Origin: Candidatus Latescibacterota bacterium
Lineage (GTDB): Bacteria > Latescibacterota > UBA2968 > UBA8231
DNA length: 64,000 nucleotides
NCBI GenBank assembly: GCA_965243025.1
Contig: CBDETY010000003.1
Coordinates: 1,952,001-2,016,000, forward strand
Direction: 5' to 3'
Below the pieces are notes generated by a model. That model saw only the letters and a program-made list of their open reading frames with translations. It was not told the origin of the DNA and did no database searches. The translations under genes were made by a program, and so were the position numbers. This document shows, piece by piece, positions 38,494 to 49,080 of this stretch. Position 1 is the first letter of the stretch. Every line of letters starts with the position of its first letter.

Positions 38494-39896
38494 GCCAGGG
38501 GCGGACGCCGGTGCGCCCATGGGGCGATGCGCTCGAAAGCGGCGGAGGCGCGCAGGACCTCGGCGTCCCGGCGCCAGCGGCCAACGATCTGGAGGCCGGC
38601 CGGCAGACCGTCGACGAACCCGCAGGGAACGGTCGCCGCCGGCTGTCCGGTGATGTTGAACGGGTAGGTGAAGGCCGTCCAGCCGAGATAGGTGGGCGGG
38701 CTGCCGGCGATCTCCCCGGGATGGTCTCTGCCGGCGGGAAAGGCGGTCACCGGAAGGGCCGGAGTCATGACGAAATCGTAGCGCTCCATGAAGCGGCGCC
38801 AGTCGTGGTAGTAGTCGATGCGGCGGGCGTGCGCCGCCCCGACCTCGGGGCCGGAGCAGCGGGCCCCGGCCTCGATCACCGCGGCGAGGCCCGGGTCGAG
38901 GCGGTCCTTCACGGACTCGAAGTCGTCGTGGAACAGCCCGGCGAACGAGGTCGACCACAAGACGTCGACGATCCGCTCCCAGGGGTCGCCGAGGTCGGGG
39001 TGGTCCTCCTCGATGCGGCAGCCGAGCCCGGCGAAGCGCTGCGCCGCTGCCTCGGCGGCGGCGGCCACCTCCGGTTCGACCGCGGCGTACCCGAGATCCG
39101 GCGACCAGGCGATGCGGATGCCGGACCAGTCGACCTCCTCCCCGAGGGCGGCGGAGAAATCGGTGGCGCAGGGAAGGGAGGCGCGGTCGCGGGGGTCCTC
39201 CCCGGCCATGACCGTGAGCATGGCCGCGGCATCGGCGACGCTGCGGGTGATCGGACCCATGTGGGAGAACGGCTCGACGGCGCTGGCCGGGTACTGGGGA
39301 ACCAGGGACCAGGAGGGCTTGAACCCGTAGACCCCGCACATGCAGGCCGGAATCCGTATCGACCCGGCGCCGTCCGACCCCTGGGCCAGCGGCCCGAACC
39401 CGGCGGCGGCAGCGGCCGCGGCGCCCCCGCTCGATCCGCCCGCGGTGCGCCCCCGGCGCCAGGGGTTGTGGGTCGGGCCGGCGACGCGGTTGTCCGTGTC
39501 CCCCTTCCACCCCATCTCCGGGGTGTTGGTCTTGCCCAGCAGCACTCCCCCGGCCGCGTACAGCCTCTCGGCAACCGGGGCGTCGTAGCCGGGGACCCAG
39601 TCCCGGTACAGCTCCGAGCCCCGCGTCGTCCGTATCCCCCGGGTCGGGGTGAGGTCCTTGAGGGTGAAGGGGATGCCTGCCAGCGGCCCGGCATGGCCCC
39701 GGGCGTAGGCGGTCTCGGCGGCGCGGGCCTGGCGCAGGGCGAGCTCGGGGGTGACGGTCACGAAGGCGTTGATGCCGGGGTCGGCGGTCTCGACATGGTC
39801 GAGAATGGCCCGGACCGCCTCGACCGGGGAGAGGCGGCGGGAAGCGTACAGCTCGCGCAGTTCCGCAACCGTCGAGAAACAGAGGTCGGAAGCCAC
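38490..39896 (-). CDS. Amidase signature family protein
   Basis: LKDL, GKTNTPE, GGSSGG and GSDGAGSIRIPA. Confidence 0.93.
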   Translation of the reverse strand: MASDLCFSTVAELRELYASRRLSPVEAVRAILDHVETADPGINAFVTVTPELALRQARAAETAYARGHAGPLAGIPFTLKDLTPTRGIRTTRGSELYRDWVPGYDAPVAERLYAAGGVLLGKTNTPEMGWKGDTDNRVAGPTHNPWRRGRTAGGSSGGAAAAAAAGFGPLAQGSDGAGSIRIPACMCGVYGFKPSWSLVPQYPASAVEPFSHMGPITRSVADAAAMLTVMAGEDPRDRASLPCATDFSAALGEEVDWSGIRIAWSPDLGYAAVEPEVAAAAEAAAQRFAGLGCRIEEDHPDLGDPWERIVDVLWSTSFAGLFHDDFESVKDRLDPGLAAVIEAGARCSGPEVGAAHARRIDYYHDWRRFMERYDFVMTPALPVTAFPAGRDHPGEIAGSPPTYLGWTAFTYPFNITGQPAATVPCGFVDGLPAGLQIVGRWRRDAEVLRASAAFERIAPWAHRRPPLA

Positions 39897-40012
39897 TGGC
39901 TACACCCTTGCCGCGGGGCCGGAACCACCGACCACCGGGGCTACCTCGGCGAACCGCCCGGCTGGCATCGGCCCGGTGCCTTCGCTCTCGTGGTAGAGAT
40001 CGGAAGCCAACG

Positions 40013-40777
40013 CTACTCCCCTGCCCCCGGGCCGGGGTTTCCTGCATCCTGAGCCGCCTCGGCGAAGCGGCGGGCAAGCTTCGGCCCCAGGCCTTCGCTC
40101 TCGTGCTTGAAGAAGACGAAGGCGCGGTCCCAGGACTGCTCCCTCACCCGGTCCGCCCAGGCGCGCAGCTCGTCGTCGCCGTAGCCGCTGCCCCGCAGCC
40201 GCAGGTACCCCCAGGAGGAGGTGGCGGCGAACTTGCGCTCGGTCTCCCCGGCGGTGTCCTCGTCTTCGTGGGCGAAGCACAGGGCGACGTTCTTCGACTG
40301 CAGGCAGGCCTTGACCTCGTCGTCGAACCAGCTCTCGTGGCGGAACTCCATGGCCGCCGGGGCCCCGTCGGGGAGGACCTCGAGGAACGCCTTCAGACGG
40401 TCGATGTCCTTCCTGAGGGTCGGCGGCAGCTGGAACAGGAGGGCGCCGAGGGCCGGGCCGAGATTGGAGGCGATGTCGATGAAATACCCCGTTTCCTCCT
40501 CGACCCCCTTGAGCCGTTTCAGGTGGGTGATCCGGCGCGTCGCCTTCATCGAGAAGCGGAAGTTCCCCGGCACCCGCTCCGCCCACGAGACGACCACGTC
40601 CGGCTTCGGCACCCGGTAGAAGCTGTTGTTGATCTCGACGCTGTTGAACCGCTGCCCGTAGAAATCCAGCATCTCCCTGTCGGGGAACTTCTCCGGGTAG
40701 AACGGCCCCTTCCACTCCTTGTAGTTGTAGCCGCTGGTGCCGATGTAGAGATCCACGCGAAATGTCCCTTCGATCAA
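40013..40777 (-). CDS. DUF72 (YecE-like) protein
   Basis: IGTSGY, FYP, VEINNSFY, LFQLPP, EFRHESW and YLRLR. The start may be the GTG at 40756. Confidence 0.9.
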   Translation of the reverse strand: MIEGTFRVDLYIGTSGYNYKEWKGPFYPEKFPDREMLDFYGQRFNSVEINNSFYRVPKPDVVVSWAERVPGNFRFSMKATRRITHLKRLKGVEEETGYFIDIASNLGPALGALLFQLPPTLRKDIDRLKAFLEVLPDGAPAAMEFRHESWFDDEVKACLQSKNVALCFAHEDEDTAGETERKFAATSSWGYLRLRGSGYGDDELRAWADRVREQSWDRAFVFFKHESEGLGPKLARRFAEAAQDAGNPGPGAGE

Positions 40778-40993
40778 CGGGGTCGGAAATCGGCGGGTAA
40801 GCTACGGAAAACGCCGAAACGGAGCAGCGGGATCTGCCGGAAAGGGACCGGGGTGTCCATTCCATGCGTGCCGGTTGGCACTGCACCGGGGGGTGAGGAG
40901 AGGGAAGCCCGGCCTCGACGGCGATTTGTGCGGGTAGTCTGAAACCGCTTTTTTCGACCACTTCCCGCCCAAGACAAACCCGAAAAAAATCGA

Positions 40994-43900
40994 ATGGAAA
41001 AAACACTCAACGCCCGCGATTACCGGCTGTTCGCCGTCTGTTTCGTCGTCGCCGCGATCAGCCTGGTGACGGCGAGCCACTTCTTCTACGACGCCTTCCC
41101 GGAAGCGACCATCGACTTCCGCATCACCCGCGAGGAGGCGGGGGAACGGGCGCGGACCTTTCTCGACAGCCGCGGCCTCGACCTCGAGGGGTACCGCCAC
41201 ACCGCCATCTTCCTCTACGACGGCACCGCCAAGACCTTCCTCGAGCGCGAGCTGGGGCTCGAAGGGGCCACCGCCCTTATCGGCAACCCGGTGCGCATGT
41301 GGCGCTGGAGCAACCGCTGGGTCCGGGAGCTGGAGAAGGAAGAGTTCCGCGTGCAGTACACGACCGCCGGGGAGCTGGCCGGCTTCTCCCACCTGATCGA
41401 AGAGGAGGCCGAGGGGGCAAGCCTCGACCAGGCCGAAGCCCGCTCCCTGGCCGAGCATTTCCTCACCGGGACGATGGGCCGCGACCTGGCGGGGCTGACC
41501 TTCGTCGAGGCCGAGATCACCGAGCGCCCCAACCGCAGCGACCACACCTTCACCTGGAAGCTGTCCGACTTCGAGGTCTCCGAGGCGACCTACCGCCTGA
41601 CGGTCGGCATCCAGGGAGACCGGGTCGGCCGGTACAGCGAGTACCTAAAGGTTCCCGAAGCCTGGCAGCGGGAGTACGAGGAGCTGCGCTCCTACAACGA
41701 AGCGACCGGCCTGGTCGCCGCGGTTCTCATGATTCTCACCTGGATCGCCATGCTCGTCATCCTGACCCAGAGCATCCGCGCCCGGGACGTGCGCTGGAAG
41801 ACGGTGACGGTCTTCACCGCCATCGCCTTCGCCCTGACCTTCCTCGCCCAGCTCAACACCCTGCCGCTCACCGAATACAACTTCGACACCACCGAGACCT
41901 ACGGCAGCTTCCTCACCGGGCACCTGCTCCTGGCGCTGCTGTCGGCCCTCGGGCAGGCGGTCCTCATCGGCTTTCTCACCGCCGGGGCCGAGCCCATCTA
42001 CCGCCGCTCCTACGGGGACCAGGTCAGTCTCAACCAGCAGTTCCTGCCCGCGGGAATCCGCACCAAGCGCTTCCTGACCGGCACCGTCATCGGCCTGACC
42101 ATGACCGCCCTGTTCGTCGCCTACCAGACCGTCTTCTACGTCGTCGCCGACGACCTGGGGGCCTGGAGCCCGGCGCAGATCCCCTACGACCAGATGGTCA
42201 ACACCTACATCCCGTGGGTCGTCGTCCTGCTGATCGGGTTCATGCCGGCGGTCTCCGAGGAGTTCACCTCGCGCGCCTTCTCGATCCCCTTCCTGCAGCG
42301 GTTCCTGAAGAAGCGCTGGCTCGCCGTGGTGATCTCCGCCCTGGTCTGGGGATTCGCCCACGCCGGGTACCCGCAGCAGCCGTTCTACATCCGCGGCATC
42401 GAGGTCGGCCTCGCCGGGATCGCCGTCGGCTACGTGATGATCCGCTGGGGGCTGCTGCCGGCCCTGGTCTGGCACTACACCATCGACGCCTTCTACACCG
42501 CCATGATCCTGCTGCGGTCGAGCAACAGCTACTTCGTCGTCTCGGCCGGGGTGTCGGTCGGCATCATGCTGCTGCCGTTCGCCGCGGCCCTGGTCCTGTA
42601 CGTGCGGCACCGGTTCTTCGTCGATCCCGAGCCGCTGCTCAACCGCTCGGAAAGCCCCCCTCCCGACGGGGCCCGGGAAGCCCGGCCCGGGGAGGCGGCC
42701 CCGGCGCCCGAAGCCGAACCGCTCTCCGCGCCGGAGCCTGCGTCGGCGTACACCGCCCTGTCGTGGCGCCGGCTTCTGCTCTCGACCGCGGTCGTCGCCG
42801 CCGCGGCCGGAATATTCTTCATCGACTACGACAAGCCGTTGAAGGGGACTGCCTTCACCGTCACCGCGCCGGAGGCGGAGGAGGCCGCGAGAAGCTACCT
42901 CGGAGACCGCGGGATCGATCTCGAGGGGTACCGGGTGGTGGTGACCGGTTCCTCCGCGGCGAGTCGCAACGTCGCCAAGTACCGCCTGGAGCGGGCCGGC
43001 TTCACGGCCATAGACAGCCTCTACAGCCGGCACCTGCCCCTGAACCGCTGGCGGGTGCGGTTCTTCCGGCCCCTCGAAAAGGAGGAGTTCCACGTGTACG
43101 TCGACTGCGGCGACGGTGCGGTCGATTCCTACACCCACCTGGTGGAGGAGGAGGCTCCCGGCGCCGACCTCCCGGAAGAGGAGGCGCGGGCCCTCGCCGA
43201 GGCTCACGTGCGGGAGTTCGGAGTCGATCCGGGCCGGTTCGAGCTGGTGGAGTCCTCCTCGGAGAAGATGAAGGCGAGGCGCGACCACAACTTCGTCTGG
43301 GAGGCGATGGACGGGGACCCGCGCAACCTCGACGAGTCCTTCTACCGGATCGAGGTCGACGTGATCGGCGACGAGGCGAGCCGCCTCCGCCGCTTCGTCA
43401 AGCTGCCCGAGGAATGGCTGCGAGACCGCGAGGAGAGCACCACCCTGAAAGCGGCGATCTCGGCGCTGCAGATCATCGTCGTCGTCGCCGTCGTCCTGCA
43501 CCTGATCTGGCTGCTGGTCCGGCAGATGCGCTCGCAGGCCCTCGGCTGGCGCAAACCGGTGACGCTCGGCCTGATCGCCGGCGCCCTGTTCCTGGTCGGC
43601 TACCTCAACAGCCTGCCGGCCTTCTTCGCCGGGTACAGCACCGCCATGGCAACCTCGATCTTCACCGTCATACAGATCGTCGGCGCGGTGCTGGGACTGA
43701 TCGCCGTCGGCCTCGGGGTGGTGTGCTATCTCGGGCTGGCCGATTCCCTCTACCCGGGATGCCTCGAGCGGCTGCGGGGGCCGGGACGGGCGGAATTCTT
43801 CCGCGACGCCGCCTGGATCGCCCTGCTCGCCTGGGTGGCAGGAAAGGCGGGGGACCGCCTCGCCGTCCTCGCCGCCCGGCAGTTCCCCGGGTTCGCCGAG

Positions 43901-44374
43901 CCCTCCTTCGGCCTCCTGTCGGTGACCGGGATGAACGACGCCGCCCCGGCCGTCAGCGGTCTGATCGCCACGCTGACCAGCGGAGCCCTGCTGCCGATCG
44001 CCTACGGCGTCGCCCTGTTCTACGCCCTGAAGGTCCTGAAGAAACCGGCGTACGTGATCGCCGTCATCGCCGCCCTGCTTCTGATCTTCGAAGGGGGGGC
44101 CTTCAACGCCGGCGAGTTCCTCCTCGGCGCCGGGACGAACGCCATCGAAATAGCGATCGTCGCGGCCGTCATCGCCTTCCTGCTGCGCGGCAACATCCTC
44201 GCCTACATCCTGCTCGGCGTGCTGACCGCCACCCTGGACCCTGCCTTCGATCTCGTGCGCCAGCCCGCCGCCTGGTTCTCGGTGAACGGGTGGATCTGGC
44301 TCGCCGTCGTCGCCGCGGCCATCGGCGCCTTCTGGGTAGAGTCGCGCCGCCACCTGCCGCAGGCGGAGCGCTGA
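40994..44374 (+). CDS. Large CPBP (Abi/CAAX) intramembrane metalloprotease with internal duplication
   Basis: PAVSEEFTSR, WGFAH and VWHY motifs, many TM helices, and two homologous extracytoplasmic modules. Confidence 0.85.
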   Translation: MEKTLNARDYRLFAVCFVVAAISLVTASHFFYDAFPEATIDFRITREEAGERARTFLDSRGLDLEGYRHTAIFLYDGTAKTFLERELGLEGATALIGNPVRMWRWSNRWVRELEKEEFRVQYTTAGELAGFSHLIEEEAEGASLDQAEARSLAEHFLTGTMGRDLAGLTFVEAEITERPNRSDHTFTWKLSDFEVSEATYRLTVGIQGDRVGRYSEYLKVPEAWQREYEELRSYNEATGLVAAVLMILTWIAMLVILTQSIRARDVRWKTVTVFTAIAFALTFLAQLNTLPLTEYNFDTTETYGSFLTGHLLLALLSALGQAVLIGFLTAGAEPIYRRSYGDQVSLNQQFLPAGIRTKRFLTGTVIGLTMTALFVAYQTVFYVVADDLGAWSPAQIPYDQMVNTYIPWVVVLLIGFMPAVSEEFTSRAFSIPFLQRFLKKRWLAVVISALVWGFAHAGYPQQPFYIRGIEVGLAGIAVGYVMIRWGLLPALVWHYTIDAFYTAMILLRSSNSYFVVSAGVSVGIMLLPFAAALVLYVRHRFFVDPEPLLNRSESPPPDGAREARPGEAAPAPEAEPLSAPEPASAYTALSWRRLLLSTAVVAAAAGIFFIDYDKPLKGTAFTVTAPEAEEAARSYLGDRGIDLEGYRVVVTGSSAASRNVAKYRLERAGFTAIDSLYSRHLPLNRWRVRFFRPLEKEEFHVYVDCGDGAVDSYTHLVEEEAPGADLPEEEARALAEAHVREFGVDPGRFELVESSSEKMKARRDHNFVWEAMDGDPRNLDESFYRIEVDVIGDEASRLRRFVKLPEEWLRDREESTTLKAAISALQIIVVVAVVLHLIWLLVRQMRSQALGWRKPVTLGLIAGALFLVGYLNSLPAFFAGYSTAMATSIFTVIQIVGAVLGLIAVGLGVVCYLGLADSLYPGCLERLRGPGRAEFFRDAAWIALLAWVAGKAGDRLAVLAARQFPGFAEPSFGLLSVTGMNDAAPAVSGLIATLTSGALLPIAYGVALFYALKVLKKPAYVIAVIAALLLIFEGGAFNAGEFLLGAGTNAIEIAIVAAVIAFLLRGNILAYILLGVLTATLDPAFDLVRQPAAWFSVNGWIWLAVVAAAIGAFWVESRRHLPQAER

Positions 44375-44399
44375 TCGGTTGCCCCTCATTCGACGAGCG

Positions 44400-45107
44400 A
44401 TGCGCGTTCTGATCACCGGGGCGGCCGGGGCCGTCGGATCGACCCTGGTCGCAGGCCTGAAGGGGCGCCACGAGCTTCGCGGCCTCGACCTGGTCGAGGT
44501 GCCCGGCCTCGAGGCGGAAGACGTCTTGGTCGGGGACCTGTCCGATTTCGAGGTGACCCTCGAGGCGACGCGGGACATCGAGGCCGTCATCCATCTCGGC
44601 GGAAACCCCGGGGGCAGCGCCACCTGGGAGCAGATCCTGCCCAACAACATCGTCGGGACCTACAACATCTTCGAGGCGAGCCGCCGCAACGGCGTGCGCC
44701 GCGTCGCCTTCGCCAGCCGGGCCGGGCTGCTGGGGGCCTACCCCAAGTCGCTGCGGCGAACCGTGGACCTGGTCCCGCTGCCGCAGAACTACTACACGAT
44801 AAGCAAGGCCTTCGGCGAGGAGATCGGTTACATGTACGCGACCCGCTTCGACATGGAGGTGGTGTCGGTGCGCATCGGCAATTTCAACCGGAACCGCGAC
44901 CTTCCCGAACATCCCCACCACCTCAGTCACGGAGACTGCGTGCGGGTGTTCGAGCGCGCCATCATCCACCCCGGGGTCCGCTACGAAGTGGTGTTCGGCG
45001 TCTCCGACAGCAACTGGCCGATGTACGATCTCGACCACGGCCGCAGGGTGCTGGGGTACGAACCGCGGGACCGGGCGGAAGTTCCGCCGGAAGAATGGGG
45101 TACCTGA
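44400..45107 (+). CDS. NAD-dependent epimerase/dehydrogenase (uronate dehydrogenase-like)
   Basis: VLITGAAGAVG, NIVGTYNIFEA, YTISK (YxxxK) and VRIG. Confidence 0.88.
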   Translation: MRVLITGAAGAVGSTLVAGLKGRHELRGLDLVEVPGLEAEDVLVGDLSDFEVTLEATRDIEAVIHLGGNPGGSATWEQILPNNIVGTYNIFEASRRNGVRRVAFASRAGLLGAYPKSLRRTVDLVPLPQNYYTISKAFGEEIGYMYATRFDMEVVSVRIGNFNRNRDLPEHPHHLSHGDCVRVFERAIIHPGVRYEVVFGVSDSNWPMYDLDHGRRVLGYEPRDRAEVPPEEWGT

Positions 45108-45193
45108 TCGGTTTTTCCTGCCCCGGTACGAAAGGGAGGCCGCAATGGCCAAATACTTCCCTTGATTTTCTTAGATGGTTTTTTTTCTGAAAG

Positions 45194-45667
45194 ATGAAAA
45201 AGCGAGTTTACATCGAAACAACGATTCCCAGCTATCTGACGGCCCAGTTGAGTCATGACCTGCTTCAAACCGCGAGGCGACAATTGACTTACTCTTGGTG
45301 GCACAAGGATCGTCACAATTTCGATCTTTGCATTTCACAAATCGTACTGGATGAAGCAGCTTCCGGAGATGCGGATGCAATTTAGAGACGCCTGTCTTTC
45401 CTGCGGGATCTTCCGCTTCTCGACCTGACCGAAGCTGTGAACGTTGTCGCAAAGGCTATAATTGATTCTGCCCTGCTCCCGCGAGTGGCAGCGCGTGATG
45501 CCATCCATATCGCAGTTTCATCGGTCCACAACATCGATATACTTTTAACCTGGAACTGTCGACACATCGCCAATGCTGCTATCATGAAGGAACTCCGTGC
45601 CCTCGTGGCGGATTGCGGTTATGAATTGCCAATACTTTGTACACCCGAAGAATTGCTCGGAGATTGA
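45194..45667 (+). pseudogene. PIN-domain (VapC-like) toxin with an in-frame TAG at 45383-45385
   Basis: VYIETTIPSYL...EAASGD in frame with DAIHIA...LLTWNCRHIAN...ICTPEEL. AT-richer islet. Confidence 0.85.
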
Positions 45668-45672
45668 TTGTC

Positions 45673-45849
45673 ATGGAACCAATGGAGGATCAGGAAACCA
45701 CGGATGAGATCATCCAGGAGACGAGAAGGATCAAGGAAGCTTTGGCAAAACCCCTGGACTTTGACGTGGATCGGATTCTGGATGTTGCGAGGAAACGGCA
45801 GGAAAAATCCGGAAGAAAGGTTCTTTTACCTCCGGTAGAAACCACATGA
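45673..45849 (+). CDS. Small protein accompanying the PIN toxin (putative antitoxin)
   Basis: DEIIQETRRIKEALA...FDVDRI...RQEKSGRK pattern, as commonly seen next to this PIN clade. Confidence 0.6.
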   Translation: MEPMEDQETTDEIIQETRRIKEALAKPLDFDVDRILDVARKRQEKSGRKVLLPPVETT

Positions 45850-45936
45850 TGAAACTTCCGGGGAATTAACTCGCCCGTTCATTCCGTATTCGCAAGAATC
45901 CCCCCGAACGTTCCTTTCCCGACTGAACCCCCCGCC

Positions 45937-46587
45937 TCAGACCCGCTCCGCCCGCGGCTGCGCCTTTCCGTGGGTGTGGTCCCAGAGGTGGCCGCGGCGC
46001 TTCTCCCCTTCCATGGTGGTCTCGAAATAGACGGCCCGCACCGGCTCGTGCACGAGCGGGAAATCGTGGTGGTGCCCCATGCCGGTGGCCACGCAGTCCC
46101 CTGCCGACACCTCGTAGCTCTTCCCTTCCGACACCGCGACCCCTCTCCCGGCGAACAGGATCCAGTACTCGTCGCAGTCGTGGAAGTGGCAGTCGAAGCG
46201 GGTCCGCTTCTCGTATGCCACAGAATCTCCCCGGTCCTCGCGCTCCCCGTCCGCCGCCTCCTCCACCGAGAACAGCCCGGAGCCGCCGACCTCGTCCCCC
46301 CATTCGCCGGCCATGCGGATCAGGGTGGCGTCCTCGGAGACCCCGAGGATGCTGAAGCCGGCCTCCCCTTCCCCTTCGAACAGGTCGATGTTGGCTCCCT
46401 TTTCGGCGGCCTGCTCCCTGCCGCCCACCGAGACCGAGCAGGCGCCCTCGCCGACGATCAGCTTCTCCCTGGGGCCGGCGCGGTCGAAGTCGTACCTGCC
46501 GGCCCCGGCGGGCAGGTCGACGATGTCGAATCGGTGCAGCTCGCACCAGGCCGGGGCCTGGCCGCTGCCTGCGCGAAAAACCGGCAT
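45937..46587 (-). CDS. Cupin-domain protein
   Basis: HFHDCDEYW...G...GHHHD metal-binding cupin motifs. Confidence 0.75.
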   Translation of the reverse strand: MPVFRAGSGQAPAWCELHRFDIVDLPAGAGRYDFDRAGPREKLIVGEGACSVSVGGREQAAEKGANIDLFEGEGEAGFSILGVSEDATLIRMAGEWGDEVGGSGLFSVEEAADGEREDRGDSVAYEKRTRFDCHFHDCDEYWILFAGRGVAVSEGKSYEVSAGDCVATGMGHHHDFPLVHEPVRAVYFETTMEGEKRRGHLWDHTHGKAQPRAERV

Positions 46588-46612
46588 GAGATTTCCTCCC
46601 TCTCCTGGCTAA

Positions 46613-48388
46613 TCAGTCGGTGTAAGGGACCTCGACGACGCGGGCCTCCAGCTCCGCCCGCAGCTCCCGGACCCGCCCGGTCACGTGCTCGACGGCGCTC
46701 TCCACCGGGACGTCGGCGGCCTTCTCCTCGCGCCGCAGCTTGACCTCGACCTGTCCCTTCTTCAGGGACCGGTCCCCTATGGTGATGCGGACCGGCAGTC
46801 CGATCAGGTCGGCGTCGTTGAACTTCACCCCCGGGTTCTCGCCGCGGTCGTCGTAGAGCACCTCGACCCCCGCCTCCCGGAGGCTGTCGTAGAGCGCCTC
46901 GGACGCTTCCTGTACCGCCCCGGCGCTTTTTGCCAGCGAGACGAGGTGCACCTGGAAGGGGGCGATCGATACCGGCAGGGCAAGGCCGTTGTCGTCGTGG
47001 TACTCCTGGGCGACGCAGGCCAGCAGGCGCCCGACGCCGATGCCGTACGAGCCCATGAGAACCGGCCGCGGCTTGCCTTCGGCGTCGAGGAAGGAGCAGT
47101 TCATCGACTCGGAGTAGCGGGTGCCGAGCTGGAAGATGTTGCCGACCTCGACCCCCCGGCTGACCTGCAGCGGTCCGCCGCACTGACTGCAGACCGCCCC
47201 CTCTCCCACCGCGGCGATGTCGGCGACCGCTTCGGCTTCCCAGTCGCGGCCGTAGTTGACGTTGCGCAGGTGGTACCCCTCCTCGTTCGCCCCCGACACG
47301 AGGTTGGCGGCCCCGGGGATCGAGTCGTCGGCGACCACCAGGGCGTCTTCGACCCCCATCGGCGACGCGTACCCCGGAACGGCGCCGCTCGCCAGGATCT
47401 CCTCGTCGTGGGCGGGTCGCAGGGACAGGGCCCCGGCGGCGTTGGCCAGCTTGGTCTCGTTGACCTCCATGTCGCCGCGGATCACCGCCAGGATCAGCCG
47501 CTCCTCCTGCTCCTCATCCGATTCGCCGCGGAACCTGCCCATCACGAACAGGGCCTTGGCCGTCCTGCTCTCGGGGATCTCGAGGAGCCGCGCCAGCGCC
47601 TCGATGGTCGGTGTATCAGGCGTGGCCACCCGTTCTGTCGACTGCGCCTCCTCCGGCTCTGCCGCGGCCTTGGCGAACTGGGCGACCTGGCCGTTGGCGG
47701 AGTACCCGCACCCGGGGCAGTGGACGATGCTGTCCTCGCCGACCGCGGTGAGGTAGATGTACTCGTGGGAGAGCTTGCCCCCCATCATGCCGACGTCGGC
47801 CTTGACGGCGATGGTCGGGATGCCGCAGCGGTTGAAGATGTTGAAGTAGGCCTGGAAATGGTCGCGGTACTGCTTCTCCAGCCCGGCCTCGTCGGCGTCG
47901 AGGGAGTAGCTGTCCTTCATGGTGAACTCCCGCACCCGCAGCAGCCCGGAGCGGGGCCGCGGGTCGTCCCGCCACTTCGTCTGCAGGTGGTAGAGGAGCT
48001 GCGGCAGCTGCCGGTAGGACTTGATCTCCCTGCGCACGAGGTCGGCGACCACCTCCTCGTGGGTCATGGCGAGCACCATGTCGCGGTCCGAGCGGTCGCT
48101 GAAGCGCCCCATCTCCGCGTCGATGTCGTACCAGCGGCCGGTCTCCTTCCAGATGTCGGCCGGGTGCACGACGGGCATGGTGATCTCCTGGCCGCCGATG
48201 GCGTCGATCTCCTCGCGTATGATCGCCTCGATCTTGTCGAAGGCGCGGCGCGCCAGCGGCAGGTAGCTGAAGATCCCGCTCGCCAGCTGCCGGACGTACC
48301 CGGCCCGCAGCAGCAGCACGTGGCTGGCGACCTCGGCGTCGGCCGGGGCCTCGCGCAGCGTCTGGCTGAACAGGGCGCTCATTCTCAT
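46613..48388 (-). CDS. proS: Proline--tRNA ligase (bacterial type with INS editing domain)
   Basis: MRMSALFSQTLREAP, THEE, RPRSGLLRVREFTMKDSYS, GVEVGNIFQLGTRYS, MGSYGIGVGR and KFNDADLIG. Confidence 0.97.
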   Translation of the reverse strand: MRMSALFSQTLREAPADAEVASHVLLLRAGYVRQLASGIFSYLPLARRAFDKIEAIIREEIDAIGGQEITMPVVHPADIWKETGRWYDIDAEMGRFSDRSDRDMVLAMTHEEVVADLVRREIKSYRQLPQLLYHLQTKWRDDPRPRSGLLRVREFTMKDSYSLDADEAGLEKQYRDHFQAYFNIFNRCGIPTIAVKADVGMMGGKLSHEYIYLTAVGEDSIVHCPGCGYSANGQVAQFAKAAAEPEEAQSTERVATPDTPTIEALARLLEIPESRTAKALFVMGRFRGESDEEQEERLILAVIRGDMEVNETKLANAAGALSLRPAHDEEILASGAVPGYASPMGVEDALVVADDSIPGAANLVSGANEEGYHLRNVNYGRDWEAEAVADIAAVGEGAVCSQCGGPLQVSRGVEVGNIFQLGTRYSESMNCSFLDAEGKPRPVLMGSYGIGVGRLLACVAQEYHDDNGLALPVSIAPFQVHLVSLAKSAGAVQEASEALYDSLREAGVEVLYDDRGENPGVKFNDADLIGLPVRITIGDRSLKKGQVEVKLRREEKAADVPVESAVEHVTGRVRELRAELEARVVEVPYTD

Positions 48389-48390
48389 CG

Positions 48391-49080
48391 TCAGTTCTTC
48401 CTTTCCTTGCGGACCAGGGCCAGCAGCGACTTGTACATCGCGTACACGGATACGGCGACCCAGGTGAAGGCGATCGGGTAGGCCAGCGGCGGCGCGCCCC
48501 AGTAGGCGGCGAGTATGCCGGCGTCGGTCTGCTCGGTGTACATCCACAGGTCGGTGCGGAAGTCGTGGAGGCTGTAGATGCAGAGCATGACCCCGAGCCA
48601 GACGGCGCCCGCGGTCCCGGCGCGCTGGCTCTTGATCGCCAGGAGGACGAACACCATGCCGCCGAAGATCCCGAAGTAGAAGTCGCCGGCCCCGGCCGGG
48701 GTGTACCAGATCGTCATCCCCATGGTGGCGGCGCCGATGAAGAGCAGGGCCAGCCTCTGCACCTGCGGGAAGCAGCCGGCGTAGATCAGCAGCGCACCGA
48801 CCAGGGCGGAGCCGACGTACCCTGCAGAGCTGATGATCGGGAAGATACCCCCCCGGGTCAGGGTGTGGCCCGACTCGTCCCAGGCGGTGCGGATCTCGAC
48901 GACCTCGCCGCCGGTCAGCAGCGCGGCGCCGGCATGGCAGACCTCGTGCACCATGACCACGAAGACGCGGAACGGCTTTATCAGGCCGGTTTCCCAGAAG
49001 GCGAGCACCACCAGGGTCGAAAACAGGTGGTAGCGGAAGCGCCAGAAGACCACGGCGGCGCGGGAGATTCTCTTCTTCAC
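48391..49080 (-). CDS. Peptidase M50B-like membrane metalloprotease
   Basis: VHEVCH (HExxH), SAGYVG, TDA and multiple TM helices. GTG start is approximate. Confidence 0.85.
   Translation of the reverse strand: MKKRISRAAVVFWRFRYHLFSTLVVLAFWETGLIKPFRVFVVMVHEVCHAGAALLTGGEVVEIRTAWDESGHTLTRGGIFPIISSAGYVGSALVGALLIYAGCFPQVQRLALLFIGAATMGMTIWYTPAGAGDFYFGIFGGMVFVLLAIKSQRAGTAGAVWLGVMLCIYSLHDFRTDLWMYTEQTDAGILAAYWGAPPLAYPIAFTWVAVSVYAMYKSLLALVRKERKN

Noticed and set aside
37252-40077. Apparent 941-aa GNAT fusion, and similar long N-terminal extensions on the creatininase, proS, M50 and CBM9-like ORFs
   Set aside because: The extensions are alternate frames overlapping the upstream gene. True starts are internal (38493, 36172, 48388, 49080, 59683).
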